From: Owenia fusiformis
Taxonomy: Eukaryota
NCBI GenBank assembly: GCA_903813345.2
Contig: CAIIXF020000001.1
Coordinates: forward strand, 32,984,001-33,048,000
Reading direction: 5' to 3'
DNA: 64,000 nucleotides
This document shows, in pieces, positions 1 through 14,019 of this stretch. Below the pieces are notes generated by a model, which worked only from the letters and a program-made list of their open reading frames with translations, had not been told where the DNA came from and made no database searches. The position numbers and the translations under genes are program-made. Within the stretch, counting starts at the first letter, position 1. Each line of letters starts with the position of its first letter.

Positions 1-240
1 TTACAGTTTTACATACTGTACCTAAATTACTGTAAAATCAACACCGAAATGGCCACCATTCTTGAAAGAGTGGCCATTTTGAAAACTGACTTTCGAGCAG
101 AACTTCTACCCCCATAGGGCATATGTGTACAAAATCGGGCCAAGGGTATTTGAGTTATCACCCGGATGAACCGACGTATGTATGGACGGACATACAGAGG
201 CTTTCCCAATATCCCTTGAATCTTTGTTCGATGGGATAAA
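1..240 (-). mobile_element. Helentron-like non-autonomous element (HINE family A), partial, 5' end only
   Basis: Ends in ...TTTGTTCGATGGGATAA after a GGAC/GTAC-type microsatellite; same end as the full copy at 1143-1997. Confidence 0.7.
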
Positions 241-1142
241 AATATACATGGCAATAAACGAAGTCAGTAGTCTATGGGCTGTTTAAGCAATATAATTAGA
301 GAAATTATTTAAACATACACTGTACTACTTTTTTAAGTACTCAGGTAAGTCGAACTGTAAAGTCGATTCAATTGATAATCTATATCATGATTGATGAAAA
401 TGGACTTCAGTCATAAGACACAGTCAAACTGCAACTGATTGTTTATTATTTACTGTCACCAGGTCCGTTTAATAGTCTAAGTTACAAAGTTCATGACATG
501 CAAGAGAATGAGTGCATTACATTTTATGGCATCATTTTATGACAAATTTCATAAACCATAAATTAGATTGCATTAGATATCTATGTACTCAAAATGAGCA
601 TGTAAATTAAGAAGTTTCAAACTTCACTGTTTTATCTAGTGGTGGGACTCGCCACCAAGATCTCTACTGGAGTAGAATGATAAATTTGACGATCGAGTAG
701 ACAATTTTAAAAAAATTGAGAAAATTAGAACCTAGAAAATCAAGGCATTTGTCGCTACTAACATCGACTTTTGGTTTCATGACAAACATAAATAAAAAAC
801 AATGAATACGAATCTCATACTTTATTCTCATCAACTAACCATTAAATCAACAAAAAAATCGGAGGGTAAATCGTGATTTTTGTCAGAAATTTTCAGGATC
901 AGGTTTTTCAAATTTTAAGTCCATTGATCATTTTCTAGGCTCATTCGAGTTCTAGTCGATTACCCGAGTCACTGGTTAAACCACTTGTTTTATTTTATCG
1001 TTATTAATCCATACAAAAAATAATAAATGAAGTATATCTCCAATCACAAAAGCATTACAGGAGAAAATACTGTACAGGGGTATGTTTTGTTGCACGATCA
1101 AACCTCACTAAAGGGATTTATTGGGTAGGTTATTTAATTCAA

Positions 1143-1997
1143 AACTAGACAACAGTAACGCCAAAGCGTAGCAAATCCCATCGAACAGCCATGGCTGGCA
1201 TTTTTACAAACAAAGTTTATAGCAAAAAATGGCAGCCATTTTTCAAAATGACCACCTTCTACCAAAAGTGTCATAAGACAGTGTGCCATGCTTATAGTAT
1301 CCACATACCAAATATGAAAAAATGGCTAAGCACTTTTCGAGTTATAGTAAAATATAGTTTATAGCAAAAGATGGCAGCCATTTTTCAAAATGGCCACCTT
1401 GTACCAAAAATATCATTAGACAGTGTGCCATGCTTATAGTATTCACATACCAAATATGGACAAAATTGTTCCACTACTTTTTCAGTTATAGTAAAATACA
1501 TTAAAATGGTGGCCATTTTTCAGATGGCCGCCTTCTACCAAAAGTGTCATTAGACAGTGTGCCATGCTTATAGTATTCACATACAAAATATGAACAGTTA
1601 CAGCAAAAATAGTAAAATAGCGAGTAACAGCCACCATTTTTCAAGATGGCTGCCATGTCTTCTTTAAGATCTACATTTCTAGCTTTATTAATGTCCTATA
1701 TATTTTTTTTACATTTAAAACATATTGCAATTACAGTTTTACATATTGTACCTAAATTACTGTAAAATCAGCACTAAAATGGCCACCATTTTTGAATGAG
1801 TGGCCATTTTGAAAATCGGCTTTCGAGCAGAACTTCTACTTCCATAGGGTATATGTGTACAATATATGAACAAAATCGGGCCAATGGTATTTGAGTTATT
1901 GCCCGGACGGACGGACGTACGTACATACAAACGTACATAAGTACATATGGACAGAGGCGTTCCCTATATCCCTCCAAACTTTGTTCGATGGGATAAT
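1143..1997 (-). mobile_element. Helentron-like non-autonomous element (HINE family A), full length, with internal ~120-bp tandem array
   Basis: Sub-terminal inverted repeats ATCCCATCGAAC / GTTCGATGGGAT; short palindrome next to an AACTAG end (CTAG-TT on minus); hairpin plus GGAC microsatellite at the other end; no TSD. This is DINE-1/HINE architecture. Confidence 0.75.
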
Positions 1998-2935
1998 TAA
2001 AATTTTCTAACACTACCTGAATGTTTAGGTAGCCTACAGAAACAATCTTCAGAAAATTTTGCTGACTTCAAGTTACCAAGTATGGCTTGCCAATTATTCA
2101 CAAGTTTGGAATTACCAAGGTGTCAGTAGGCAGTTTCCAGTTTCACCACCAGGTTGCTAATTCGGGTCAAATAACATGCAGAAATTGATATGAGAGATAT
2201 AAATAATAGTAGTTCTTTTAAAACTCAATATTCATTACATTTATGAATCAATTGCCATATAATCTTTTTCAGTCTGATAATTTTACAAATGAAAATATGT
2301 CCAGTACAAGAAACGATTTTTCACCGATTTTATAACATGGACCGAGAAGTCACATTCTCAAAGAAAATTAAAATTTCAAAGTTGATATATAATATTTAAA
2401 ACCACATTTCTAAATGTAATTTGATGTGTACATAACAAATATGATATTATTTTGACAAAATTTCAAGATCATTTGTACTTGCATCTAGTCTTTTATGCAT
2501 CATTCAAAAGTTTGCATGAGACCCCCCATACGAAGAGGGTAAGGAAATTGATATGCAATATTGCCCCCAGAGATAGGAATTCAACAGAGAATTTCATACC
2601 AGAGTGAGAAATATGATATGAAAATATTTTACTGGATTTGTTTCATCAAGTATACATTTTAGGAAACTCATGATTTGCAAATGAACGGTAAATTCAGTGA
2701 ACTAAAGATCAGAACAGATGAAAATATGACTCATCTACATGTTCGGTACAGTTTCAGGGGTGAAATTGCTGAGAATAACGGCTGGAGAAAGGAATTCTGG
2801 ACATAAGCTAGAATGTAACTGAGCAGTAACACCTTTCTGTTTTAAGTATTGGCTTGTTGAGCTCGTTCTCAACCTCCCTCTGAGAAAAGTCTCACTTCCG
2901 CATTCTACTTGTATTCATAGCCTTGTCATATTTAA

Positions 2936-3912
2936 TATAGATGGACCCACGGTCCTATGCTCACACAGTTTGGAACCTTCAGAGGAATTTATATCCGGAC
3001 TTTCAAACAAAGATATATTGATTTGGATTTGTAGTCTCGAACTTTGAGAAACTTAGATAGCATAGTTGTGTGACCTAGTTTGATGACCTTTGACCTTGAA
3101 AATTTTACTTATTCAGAGCTCAGTAAGGTCTTTTGTGATTAAGCTGACCAAAATTTACATCCAAAAATCAATTTGAAAAATCAACTTTTTTGACCTTTCG
3201 AAGGTCACTGAAGGTCAAGTAAAGGTGAAATCCTAAAACTAATGTCAGATTTGAACTCCTGGCAACTTGTAGATGATTTTCAAAAAAAAATTGGTCAAAT
3301 TGAAGCAAGTTTTACTGTTTTTTGACATCAAATATCTCAAAAACGGTAAAATTTGATGCTGACATATATTGAGAAATATGTAGGGAATGCTTAAATCTAT
3401 TAATGATGTAATTTATTGCAGGAAATGATCAAGTATAAGGCAAACTTTAAGAATCTTGTCAATCACAAAAACTGCCATTGACTTCATACATGAGAAAGTT
3501 TCCTGAAAATGACTAAGTCCTACTTTTTTTCAAATTTTATAGAGTAAACACCAAAAACCGTAATTCCAAGAGCTTTGAAATCTTCAGAGGACATAAGTTG
3601 CATATACACCAACTACTTAAAGTTATTTGAAAGTTCTACTTCAACAAAGTGTCTAGTATTTACAGAAAATTTGACTTTTTGATGTCAAAATCCGCAATTT
3701 CTCGGAAACCGGGCGAACTTGGGAAATGGCGATGATAGGTCAAATAGGCATTATGGATATACATAAAATGAATGTGGATATGACTCAATCCGAATAGCAG
3801 TTTTAATTTGTGCGGCCAATGTTGACGGACGGACGGACCAGCGGACGGATGGACAGACGGACCAACGGACGGACGGACAGACCAACGGACGGACCAACGG
3901 ACGGACGGACGT
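2936..3912 (-). mobile_element. Helentron-like element, family C (GGACCCACGGTCC end), interrupted in its microsatellite
   Basis: Closely similar to 14020-14921 and 17746-19347; terminal palindrome GGACCCACGGTCC, subTIR GCTCACACAG, (GGAC)n tract. Confidence 0.7.
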
Positions 3913-5152
3913 GTTGAACAGATAATAAGCCACACGGTGAAAAGAATCGCACCCTTGAACAGAATACACTTTTCGGTAAAAGATATACTGATGTATTACA
4001 AAATATGTGAAAATTGGAAAGATTGACCGTTTAGTTATTTCTTTAAAAATGTTTTAATTTAACATTGCTCTCAATGTGAAATTCTTTTTTATTCTTTAAA
4101 ACAAGCCTTCACAGACACAATTTTAGGACGAAAAATCCAAAATGGCCGCCTTACCATTTACCAAGAATGCCGAAAAACTAATCACTTCTAAACTTTTATA
4201 GGTAAAAACATCCCCGAGAATTTCAAATGAATCCCTCAAACGGTTTTGCTGGAAACCTGTAGACAAGCCTTGACAGACAAGATTTTAGGATGGAAAATTC
4301 AAAATGGCCACCTTAACATTTACCCAGACTGCCTAAAAACTAATCAGTTCTAAACTTTCATAGGTAGAAACATCCCTGACAATTTCAAATGAATCCCTCA
4401 AAAGGTTTGGCTGGAAACCTGTAGACAAGCCTTGACAGACAAGATTTTAGGACGGAAAATCCAAAATGGCAACCTTAACATTTACCCAGAATGCCGAAAA
4501 ACTAATCAGTTCTAGACTTTCACAGGTAAGAAACATCCCTGAGAATTTCAAATGAATCCCTCAAACGGTCTGGCTGGAAACCTGTAGACAAGCCTTGACA
4601 GACAAGATTTTAGGACGGAAAATCCAAAATGGCCACCTTAACATTTACCCAGAATGCCGAAAAACTAATCAGTTCTAAACTTTCATAGGTAGAAACATCC
4701 CTGAAAATTTCAAATGAATCCCTCAAACGGTTTGGCTGGAAACCTGTAGATAAGCCTTGACAGACAAGATTTTAGGACGGAAAATCCAAAATGGCCACCT
4801 TAACATTTACCCAGAATGCCGAAAAATGAATCACTTCTAAACTTTCATAGGTAGAAACATCCCTGAAAATTTCAAATGAATCCCTCAAACGGTTTGGCTG
4901 GAAACCTGTAGACAAGCCTTGACAGACAAGATTTTAGGACGGAAAATCCAAAATGGCCACCTTAACATTTACCCAGAATGCCGAAAAACTAATCAAATCT
5001 AAACTTCCATAGGTAGAAACATCCCTGAGAATTTCAAATGAATCCGTCAAACGGTTTGGCTGGAAACCTGTAGACAAGATTATTTGGGACGCCCGCCCAA
5101 CCGCCCGCCTGGCAAACTGATTACAATATAGCACCTGAGGGTGCGATAAAAA
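3913..5152 (-). mobile_element. Helentron-like element (family E1) carrying about 6 copies of a ~162-bp satellite
   Basis: Tandem units containing GACAAGATTTTAGGACGGAAAATCCAAAATGGC; subTIR ATCGCACCC / GGGTGCGAT; terminal hairpin and GCCC microsatellite. Confidence 0.65.
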
Positions 5153-5495
5153 CCAATAGTAAAACCATGCCCCTTCCTGGCTCATTAGAATAGACTGTAT
5201 TCACATTGGCTTTTAATTACGCGGGTAATTGTGTCATTTTGATTTGATCTGAAAACTATATTTATTCTGGGTAGCTCTATCAGTACAAAACTGGTCTTCT
5301 AGAGGCCCAGTAATAATTTACAATTATTTACCATACGTACAGTAAATATAGAAACATACAAATAGATATACAGTATAGGACATATAGAACAATTTGATAT
5401 ATATTCATCTTCAAAGTATGCATTTACATGAAACATAGAGAACAACTTCAAAGAGAATTACATGAATATAATATTCTGGCAGAAAGTTCAAAGCT

Positions 5496-6370
5496 AATCG
5501 TTTTCTTCGGATTACAATGTTTTTTTAACTTTTCAGCATGAATATAGGGTTGGGACCTCAAAACCATGGAATGCCGGAGCGGCACCCTTGGGCAACTCTC
5601 TACAAACCATTTCTTATACCCCCCTAAGAAAATCTACTGGGGGTACTATAAGACACCTTTATATATCAGACAATAATAAAGATATAGACTTGACATTTTC
5701 AGGAATTAGTTAAAGTATGATGCTTAATCTGTATAGTGAAAATCAAGAAAAAATCTTAATCCGTTGCTATAGCAACAGTAATAGATCACTATTAGTTACC
5801 TTAGAAATGTATTATTTTGTGGGTTTTCAGCATTTTCTTCATATTCTTGATTCTTAAACTAATCTAAACTATCTGAAGCACATAGCATGATTAAAGGTGA
5901 AGATAAAATAATTCATCATATCATTTATGTAATATGTCTAACAATTCAGTTGCTATGGCAACACCACTTGATAATCAGGTTCTTACATTTCATTTTCTTT
6001 AATAAGTATAAAGGTGGTCCAAAATAACACTTTTTCTAAAGGTATGTTCTCTAGCTAAAGAATCTCTTTTAGAAGTAAATAGTCACTTGAATTTGTTAAA
6101 AATGTATATCTTTCAGTTGTAGAACCCCTCCCCACAGCCCTAACAATGTGATGATTGGTGAAAACTGGCAAAAAAAACTTCATTTTCTAGGTTCAAATTA
6201 AGAATGCATTGGGATGCAACACTTATTAGTATTCAAGGAACATCTACTGACTTTGTCTGATATAACAATATGAAGATTTTAATTATTAGATGATGGGAAG
6301 TATTTTATTTGAAACATTTTAGAATCCTATCCCATAAAAATGTTGAAAAGAGGGTGTGGTCAATTTTACC
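5496..6370 (+). repeat. Dispersed repeat, unclassified; inverted partner at 9835-10672
   Basis: AATCGTTTTCTTCGGATTACAATG...GGGTTGGGACCTCAAAACC aligns to the reverse complement of 9835-10672. Confidence 0.7.
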
Positions 6371-6844
6371 ATTTTCCAGCATTTAAAGTTAGAAATAAAT
6401 ACAAACCAAGGCTTTGAAACATCTTCAAATGTTAAGTATATAGGACACTATATTTTATATGCTAATCTTGTATTTAGTACAAGTCTGAAATCCAATGCAA
6501 TCATACAGTGGAGACTAGCAAGGTTTGCATACAATCCAGACATTGGAATCCTTTACATCCCATTCAGCAGAATCATTTACAATTTAGAGCCAGTGTTTTG
6601 AAAACTAGCTAAAATGTTTATTATTGAAAACTAGCTAAAATGTTTATTATTGAAAACAACTAAAGATGGCTTTCCATTGGTCAACCAAGCATCAATATGC
6701 ATTAAGTCTGACCAGGTTTGCCATTGCTCACAGCTGCAAGTGTAACGTATGAACAGTTGCCGCCAACATTTGGTTCTCAACATTCGTGGTTAGATTGTCA
6801 ACTTGCCACTTACTCCAGAAACCACTTACTCAACATACAATATA

Positions 6845-7570
6845 CCAAAGATGCCACTTCACACGAGCACACTCACTCACCCAAAGATGCCACCTTACAT
6901 GAGCACACTCACTCACCCAAAGATGCCACCTTACATGAGCACACTCACTCACCCAAAGATGCCACCTCACACGAGCACACTCACTCACCCAAAGATGCCA
7001 CCTTACACAAGCACACTCACTCACCCAAAGATGCCACCTTATACAAACACACTCACTCACTCACCCAAAGATGCCACCTGATACAAGCACACTCACTCAC
7101 CCAAAGATGCCACCTTACACGAGCACACTCACTCATCCAAAGCTGCCACCTTACATGAGCAGACTCACTCATTCAAAGATGCCACCTTACATGAGCACAC
7201 TCACTCACCCAAAGATGCCACCTTACATGAGCACACTCATTCACCCAAAGATGCCACCTTACATGAGCACACTCACTCACCCAAAAATGCCACCTTACAT
7301 GAGCACACTCATTCACCCAAAGATGCCACCTTACATGAGCACACTCACTCATCCAAAGATGTCACCTTACATGAGCACACTCATTCACCCAAAGATGCCA
7401 CCTTACATGAGCACACTCACTCATCCAAAGATGTCACCTTACACGAGCACACTCACTCACCCAAAGATGCCACCTTATACGAGCACACTCACTCACCCAA
7501 AGATGCCACCTTACATGAACACACTCACTCATTCAAAGATGCCACCTTACACGAGCACACTCACTCACAC
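6845..7570. repeat. 36-bp minisatellite, about 20 copies
   Basis: Unit CCAAAGATGCCACCTTACATGAGCACACTCACTCAC; explains the repetitive ORFs here. Confidence 0.95.
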
Positions 7571-7999
7571 TAGCTAGCTACTTTCCAACACCTGGCTCTG
7601 ATGCTTCATGGTTTTATAAGGATTCTACGTATATAGCCGGTATATAGTCACATGATGAGAACTAAGAGCTTTTTGCTTGTGAATGACCCAGCTGAACAGC
7701 CTGGCTGTCCTGCCTGTAAGGAGTCTTGAATATTTGAAGACATCATCTTTAGTGATTGACATTAATCTTTTTAGCTAGTTTTCAAACACCTGGCTCTGAC
7801 GCCTCATAACTTAATAACAAGGACTCTACTATTTGTTCAGATGATGAGAACTACCTGTAAGTGTTTTATATAACAGAAACTTTTGCCATGATTTGCACAT
7901 TGATGGCCAAAATGACTGACCCAACACATCAGGATAAAATTGTGCATGATGACCACCAACACCTGACTAATGAGATGATATGCTTTTGTGTTGACTTTA

Positions 8000-9720
8000 T
8001 ACCAATGTCCAGATTATGCCAACCTCTCTATTATATGGTTACACTTCATTAGATGTCATTATGATACATGTACTAAATATTAAACTTACATATAGAATTG
8101 TACTTGTGCAAGGTAACAACCATAGTCTGATTGCTCGGATGAGGAAAATTAATGCTTATAATATTTATACATTATGCCAATGTCTAGACTATGCCAACCT
8201 CTATTGTAAGATTACATTAGATTTCATTATGATATATGTACTATATCTATATAAAATATACATACAGAGTTGTACTCATTCATGATAACCATCAAAGTCT
8301 GATTGCTCAGATGAGAAAAACTAATGGTTGTAATAATTAGACATTATGCCAATGTCTAGACTATGCCAACCTCTCTACTGTATGATAACATTAAATGTCA
8401 TTATGATACATATACTAGATATAAAACTTACATAGTAGCCCGGACAGAATTGTTCAATGGTCACTTTTTCTTTAATAACTTTTTTAATTTTCAGTATTAT
8501 CATAGTCTGATCACATATTTGAAAACAAGAGTAAAATTCTGACATACCAAAAAAATATTTAAAGAACATCTCTTAATTTATTGATATTATAGGCGTTCAT
8601 AGTATGAGTGACGCGAATACATAATTCACCATTTTGTCTCATATTTGTTCAAAAATGGCGGCATGTTTTGTGGTTTGAATGTTCAGTTGAAAGTTAATAT
8701 TTAAGAAATGTCATGGGCCTACTAAATCATGTAGACTGCTGCTTTTGGTATGAGGTAATGACTGCAAGTATAACCTTTTGTTAAGAATTGACTTTTATGT
8801 ATACCAGTACTTAAAAAGGTTTGTACATTGGATGTACAGTATATTGGTAAGGTCGCAGGACTTAAGAGTTTTTTGGCCATTCCATTTTTACTCGTAGTGG
8901 ATTAGCAACCCTAGTTCGTTTAACCTGTGCAACTATAGGGTTATACTGCCACAGTTTGTAATGTCTTTCCCAGTCACACACCTCTTAACCCATCCTTGGT
9001 ATGCATGTGAATTGTTCCTCATCTTCTCAATGGCCTCTGAGATGGCTGTTTGGCATATGGCGCTCTTGAAAAGATTGAGGACCTACTCTCATCACATCCC
9101 GCACATTGGGCCGCCACTTTTTCACATCCTCTTGAACACAGCCCCGAACAATTCAATAGAGTTGATTTCATATACCCTTGGAGGGAGTTGACTTCTTGTT
9201 TTTGATGAATGGTCAGTTGCTACATTACATCAGGATTGTAACGGTGGCAGCATGGCCCTATAGGCCTATGACAATCTTTAAATATTACCTTTCAACTGAA
9301 CATTCAAATTCACAAAATATGCTGCCATTTTGAACAAATATGAGGCAAATAGATGAATTATGTATTTGCGTCAGTCATACTATGAACGCCTATAATATCA
9401 AAAAATTAAGAGATGTTCTTTAAATATTTTTTTTGTATGTCAGAATTTTACTCTAGTTTTCAAATATGTGATCAGACTATGATAATACTGAAAATTAAAA
9501 AAGTTATTTAAGAAAAAGTGACCATTGAACAATTCTGTCCGGGCTACTATTATATAGAACTGTACTCATTCATGATAACCATCATAGTCTCATTGCTCAG
9601 ATGAGAAAAACTAATGGTTGTAATAATTAGACATTATGCCAATGTCTAGACTATGCCAACCTCTCTACAGTATGATAACATTAGACTTCATTATGATACA
9701 TGTACTAGATATAAAACTTA
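8000..9720. repeat. ~170-bp tandem repeat (about 4 units) interrupted by a TIR element
   Basis: Recurrent CCAATGTCTAGACTATGCCAACCTCT motif near 8003, 8178, 8349 and 9639. Confidence 0.8.
8433..9549. mobile_element. Non-autonomous DNA transposon with ~290-bp TIRs and TAG...CTA termini (possibly Academ-like)
   Basis: TAGTAGCCCGGACAGAATTGTTCAATGGTCAC... mirrored by ...GTGACCATTGAACAATTCTGTCCGGGCTACTA; TSD not resolved. Confidence 0.8.
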
Positions 9721-9834
9721 AATATAAAAAAGTGCAGTCTCCTATATACTAGATTATGGTAATGAATGAATTACAATGAATGTGTTTTAAATGCATTGAT
9801 CTTTTGTCTAATGATTGCTGCTAAATGATAAAAT

Positions 9835-10672
9835 TGACCACAACCATATTTTAACATTTTATGGGCTAGTGTTCTAAATTATAAAATACTTTCGAGTGTC
9901 AAATAATTAAAATCTTCATATTGTAATATCAAGCAAAGTCAGTAGATGGTTTTTGGATACTATTTGATGTTGAATCCCAATGCATTACTAATTTGAACCT
10001 AGGAATTGAATGTTTTTTGCCTGTTTTCCCCAAATTGTCAAACTTTGGGGCTTTGGTAAGGGAGAAAGATAAAGTTGTAGAATTTTATTTGACTATTTAC
10101 TTCAGAAGAAACATGGTTTCATATTTAAGGTACATTATATTCCAAAAGTGTTATTTTGGACCACCTTTATACTCATTAAAGAAAGTTAAATGTAAGAACC
10201 TGATTATCAAGTGATGTTGCCATAGCAACTGAAATGTTAGACATATTACACAAATGATATGATGAATTGTTTTATCTTCACTTTTAATCATATTATGTGC
10301 TTCAGATAGTTTAAGAATCAAGAATATGAAGACAATTATGAAACCACACAAAATAATGCATTTTTAAGGTAAGCAATAGTGTTCTATTACTGTTGCTATA
10401 GCAACAGATACATATTTTTTCTTAATTTTTGTCATACGGATCAAACATCATACCAAGAATACTTCCTGAAAATTTCAAGTCAATATCATTATTAGTGCCT
10501 GAGATATAAAGGCATCTTATAGTACCCCCTGTAGATTTTATTAGGGGGGTATGAAAAATGCTCTGTAGAGAATTGCCCAAGGGTGCCGCTCCGGCATTCC
10601 GTGGTTTTGAGGTCCCAACCCTATATTCATGCTGAAAAGTTTAAAAAACATTGTAATCCGAAGAAAACGATT
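9835..10672 (-). repeat. Dispersed repeat, second copy of 5496-6370
   Basis: Reverse-complement homology with indels. Confidence 0.7.
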
Positions 10673-10744
10673 GATCCTCAAAATACCCCATATTTCTTCC
10701 GGACTATAAGGAACAATGTCTTTAAGTAATGCATTATAATTTTC

Positions 10745-11240
10745 ATTTTCTGATCTGATACACTTGTTTATATGCTTTCTTAAAGAGTTTACAGAATCAG
10801 ACTCTTTGACAGTCTTATCAAGCTTGTTCCAAAGATGTGAACCACTGTATGATATGCTTTTCTTAAATATTTCAAGTTTGGGTTTAGGTACATAAAGAGA
10901 ATTTTCCACAACTGCTCTAGTAGCATAATCATGTACAGACTTGTCTCTTTGAAACAGTTTTGAACATATGGGGGAGAGATGCCTGAAATGGCCTGGTATT
11001 GAATTGAATTGGAGTCCAATATAGGGACTCAAATAAAGTGACGCTTGAAACATCAAAATTAGCTCTTAGTATAATTCGTGCTGCCATCTTTTGAAGTTTC
11101 TCTAGTCTAGTCAGATAAATTTTATTAGAATATTCTCCCCAGACAATTGAGTAGTAATTAAATTCTGGTAATATGATTGTATTATAAATTGTGATAAGTG
11201 CTTCCTTTGAAACGATGAAATCTGGAGTCTAATAAATGCT
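10745..11240 (-). mobile_element. LINE remnant (L2/Crack/CR1 group), ORF2 C-terminal region, frameshifted
   Basis: Minus strand translates IYNTIILPEFNYYSIVWG...RLEKLQKMAARIILR...LFESLYW, then HDYATR...LYVPKPKLEIFKKSISYSGSHLWNKL; typical post-RT motifs of this clade. Confidence 0.8.
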
Positions 11241-11840
11241 CATTGATATTTATTATGTGAGAAGCCCCTGAGTTAGAGTGGTATACATTTATAAGACAAA
11301 TGATACCACAGATATATCTTACAATTACTAGTTGAAATTGACCCTTGAAACTAATAACACTTGAAAAACAATAGAACAGATATATCACTTCAATTATTTT
11401 CTGATTTGTAAACATGCAAAGAGATTAATTTGACAACAAAAATGATGGCCATTTTGAATATTTGTGACATACTTTCATCAAAAATTGTAGACATAATTTA
11501 AAAGTAAACATATTCAAGCTAGTTCAGTGAATACTTTTGGAGTGAGGATCAAATAGAGTTGAAAACATGATTTTTAAGGTTAAAAAGTAGCTGCCATTTT
11601 TTAAATTTATTAGATATTTAAAGCTCTAGATATTACTGTTAACGTACAGAGTATGCTTACTCCAAGTTGCCTTTACAATTTTAACCATATCAATATACAT
11701 TTAATATAACTAGATTGGTGAAACTGGAGAGGTTCAATTCAAGACTCTAGATTCAGACTTTTTATTTGATTTTGACATCTGATATTGATGAGAAAATGAG
11801 AAAGAAAATGTATATGTTCTATTCTTACCAAGTTTATACA

Positions 11841-12885
11841 AACCAGACAACAGCAACGCCAAAGCGTAGCAAATCTCATCGAACAGCCATGGCTGGCATT
11901 TTTGCAAACGAAGTTTATTGCAAAAATCTTAAAATAACACACATGGCCACCATTTTCAAAATGGTTGCTTACTAACCAAATTGTTATCTGAAAGTGTAAT
12001 ATGTTAACTTCTTCTAAGGCCACTATATCGTGGCCTTCGTCCAAAGATAAATCCCTGATGAAATCATGCAATATCTCATCAAGGAGCCCAGCCAGTTCCA
12101 TTTTAATTCATGATTTATTTATCTGGTGATTTTTAAAATATTTTATAAATTTAAAACACAACGGCCAGCTTTTTTCAAATGGTTCACGGTGTTCCAGATG
12201 AAATTACTTCTAGTCAAGAATTGGCTAGAGACTTGAGTAAGTAATATGCTTCTAATTAGGCATATATAATGGCTGCATACAAGCCAAAATGTCATAAGAC
12301 AGTGTACCATGCTTATGAGTATTCACATCTCAAATATGAACAAAATCACTCTATTACTTTTTAAGTTAGAGTAAAAACATAAAATAACATAAGTAAAAAT
12401 GGTGCCCAAAGTTTACTCCCAAAGCTACTCCCAAAGTTTCATTAGACAGTGTACCATGCTCATAGTATTCACATACCAGATGTGAACAAAATCGCTCCAT
12501 TACTTTTCGAGTTATAGTAAAAAATGTAAAAATATAAAAATTTTCAAAATGGCCACCTTCTACCAAAAGTGTCAATAGACAGTGTGCCATGCCTTTAGTA
12601 TTCAAATGCCAAATGTGAACAAAATCACTCCACTACTTTTCGAGTTATAGTAAAACACGTTAAAATAACGGTCATTTTTCAAAATGGCTGCCTTCTACCA
12701 AAAGTGTCATTAGACAGTGTGTCATGCTTATAGTATTCACATACCAAATATGAACAAAATCGCTCCACAACTTTTTCAGTAATATTAAAAAATGTTAAAA
12801 TGGCCACCTGGACATACGGAAAGATGTACGTACGGAAGGACGGAGGCATTCCTTATATCCCTCCGAACTTCATTCGATGGGATAA
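11841..12885 (-). mobile_element. HINE family A copy with an internal foreign segment
   Basis: Family A ends and ~120-bp array; 12040-12240 matches a different repeat also seen at 58320-58490. Confidence 0.7.
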
Positions 12886-12908
12886 CTTTTATATCATTAC
12901 ATGATTAC

Positions 12909-13866
12909 CAGAGGTTCAGATCCTCAGTAAAACAATACTAGTATGAATGGCAAGTTTTTTTGAAAAATTACTAGTATGAGTTTTTACCAGTATTTTCAAA
13001 AAATTACTTGTAATTGAAAGTAAATAACTTGTGCGAAAACTCCAGGGCCTACAGAGGACCCCCTTGGTTTAGGCCTTCAACTTCCTACTGACTCCCTGGA
13101 GTGACACTTCCTTTGCTGGCATTGTCCTTTTTACCAGGAATTTGTCCATTTACATTTATTGATGTATGTCACATTTGTGCACAATATTATAATAAATATG
13201 CAATACATATTCACAATTCTTTAATTGAATCACTGCAAACACTAAAATAAATAAATAACTCAGTATTTCTCAAATACTGTTGATTATCTGTATTTTCACT
13301 TCAGATTTATCTTCTCTAAGGTATGTTAGTTCATGGTATTTTATTCTGATTATGTCTTGAGTAGATTTTTTGGGTTTTATAGAAGGGATAATAGATTAAT
13401 TGCTCTGGGTTGAATTCTAAAAGAAATTCAATTTTTTGGCGCAAAGCTTCGACTAGGCCCCTAAACGGGCAGGGTTTAGTCTCCAACTGGTTCAACCGCT
13501 CAGTAAAAGGGTTTTAAGAGATCACAGATCCCAGAATTTCACCGGACACTGCATAATGCGTGCGTACGGGATACAGGTTAATTGCGCAGAACACTTACAA
13601 TATAGATTTTGCAGGCAACTTTTCCCCGAGAAAAGATATGATTGGAAAAAGTTTTAAACTTTTGGAAAAACGTCTCTATATTTCACAAAAACGTGTGGTT
13701 AAAAGGGGGTGTAAAGCTACAAACAAATAAGTTGAGTGAGAGGAATTACTACGAGTTTCGAGATCATGCCATACTCGTACGAATGGCAAGTATTTTGAAA
13801 TTATTTCTCGTATTTGACAAATTACTCGTCAAATTACGAGTATACGAGTGGGGATCTGAACCTCTG
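12909..13866. mobile_element. hAT-like MITE, 8-bp TSD
   Basis: TIR CAGAGGTTCAGATCC / GGATCTGAACCTCTG; perfect TSD ATGATTAC. Confidence 0.9.
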
Positions 13867-14019
13867 ATGATTACATTAGTCACAACTACTCTAAGACTTA
13901 CAAGCGAAAAACTACTTCTACATTTACAAAGTAATGTACAAAATTTCATATGCACATTGGAAGCATAGAAGAGAAGCAGAAGTGTGATGTACAAAATATG
14001 CTATCTATTCTAAATTGTT

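Noticed and set aside
6718..7577. Repetitive ORFs (MPPYMSTLTHPK / KDATLHEHTHSP) and a CRISPR-like look
   Set aside because: Translation of a 36-bp minisatellite that is open in several frames; no unique spacers, no cas genes, eukaryotic context
5496..10672. One 5.2-kb element with ~870-bp TIRs
   Set aside because: Arms are diverged with indels and there is no TSD; two independent inverted copies are equally likely
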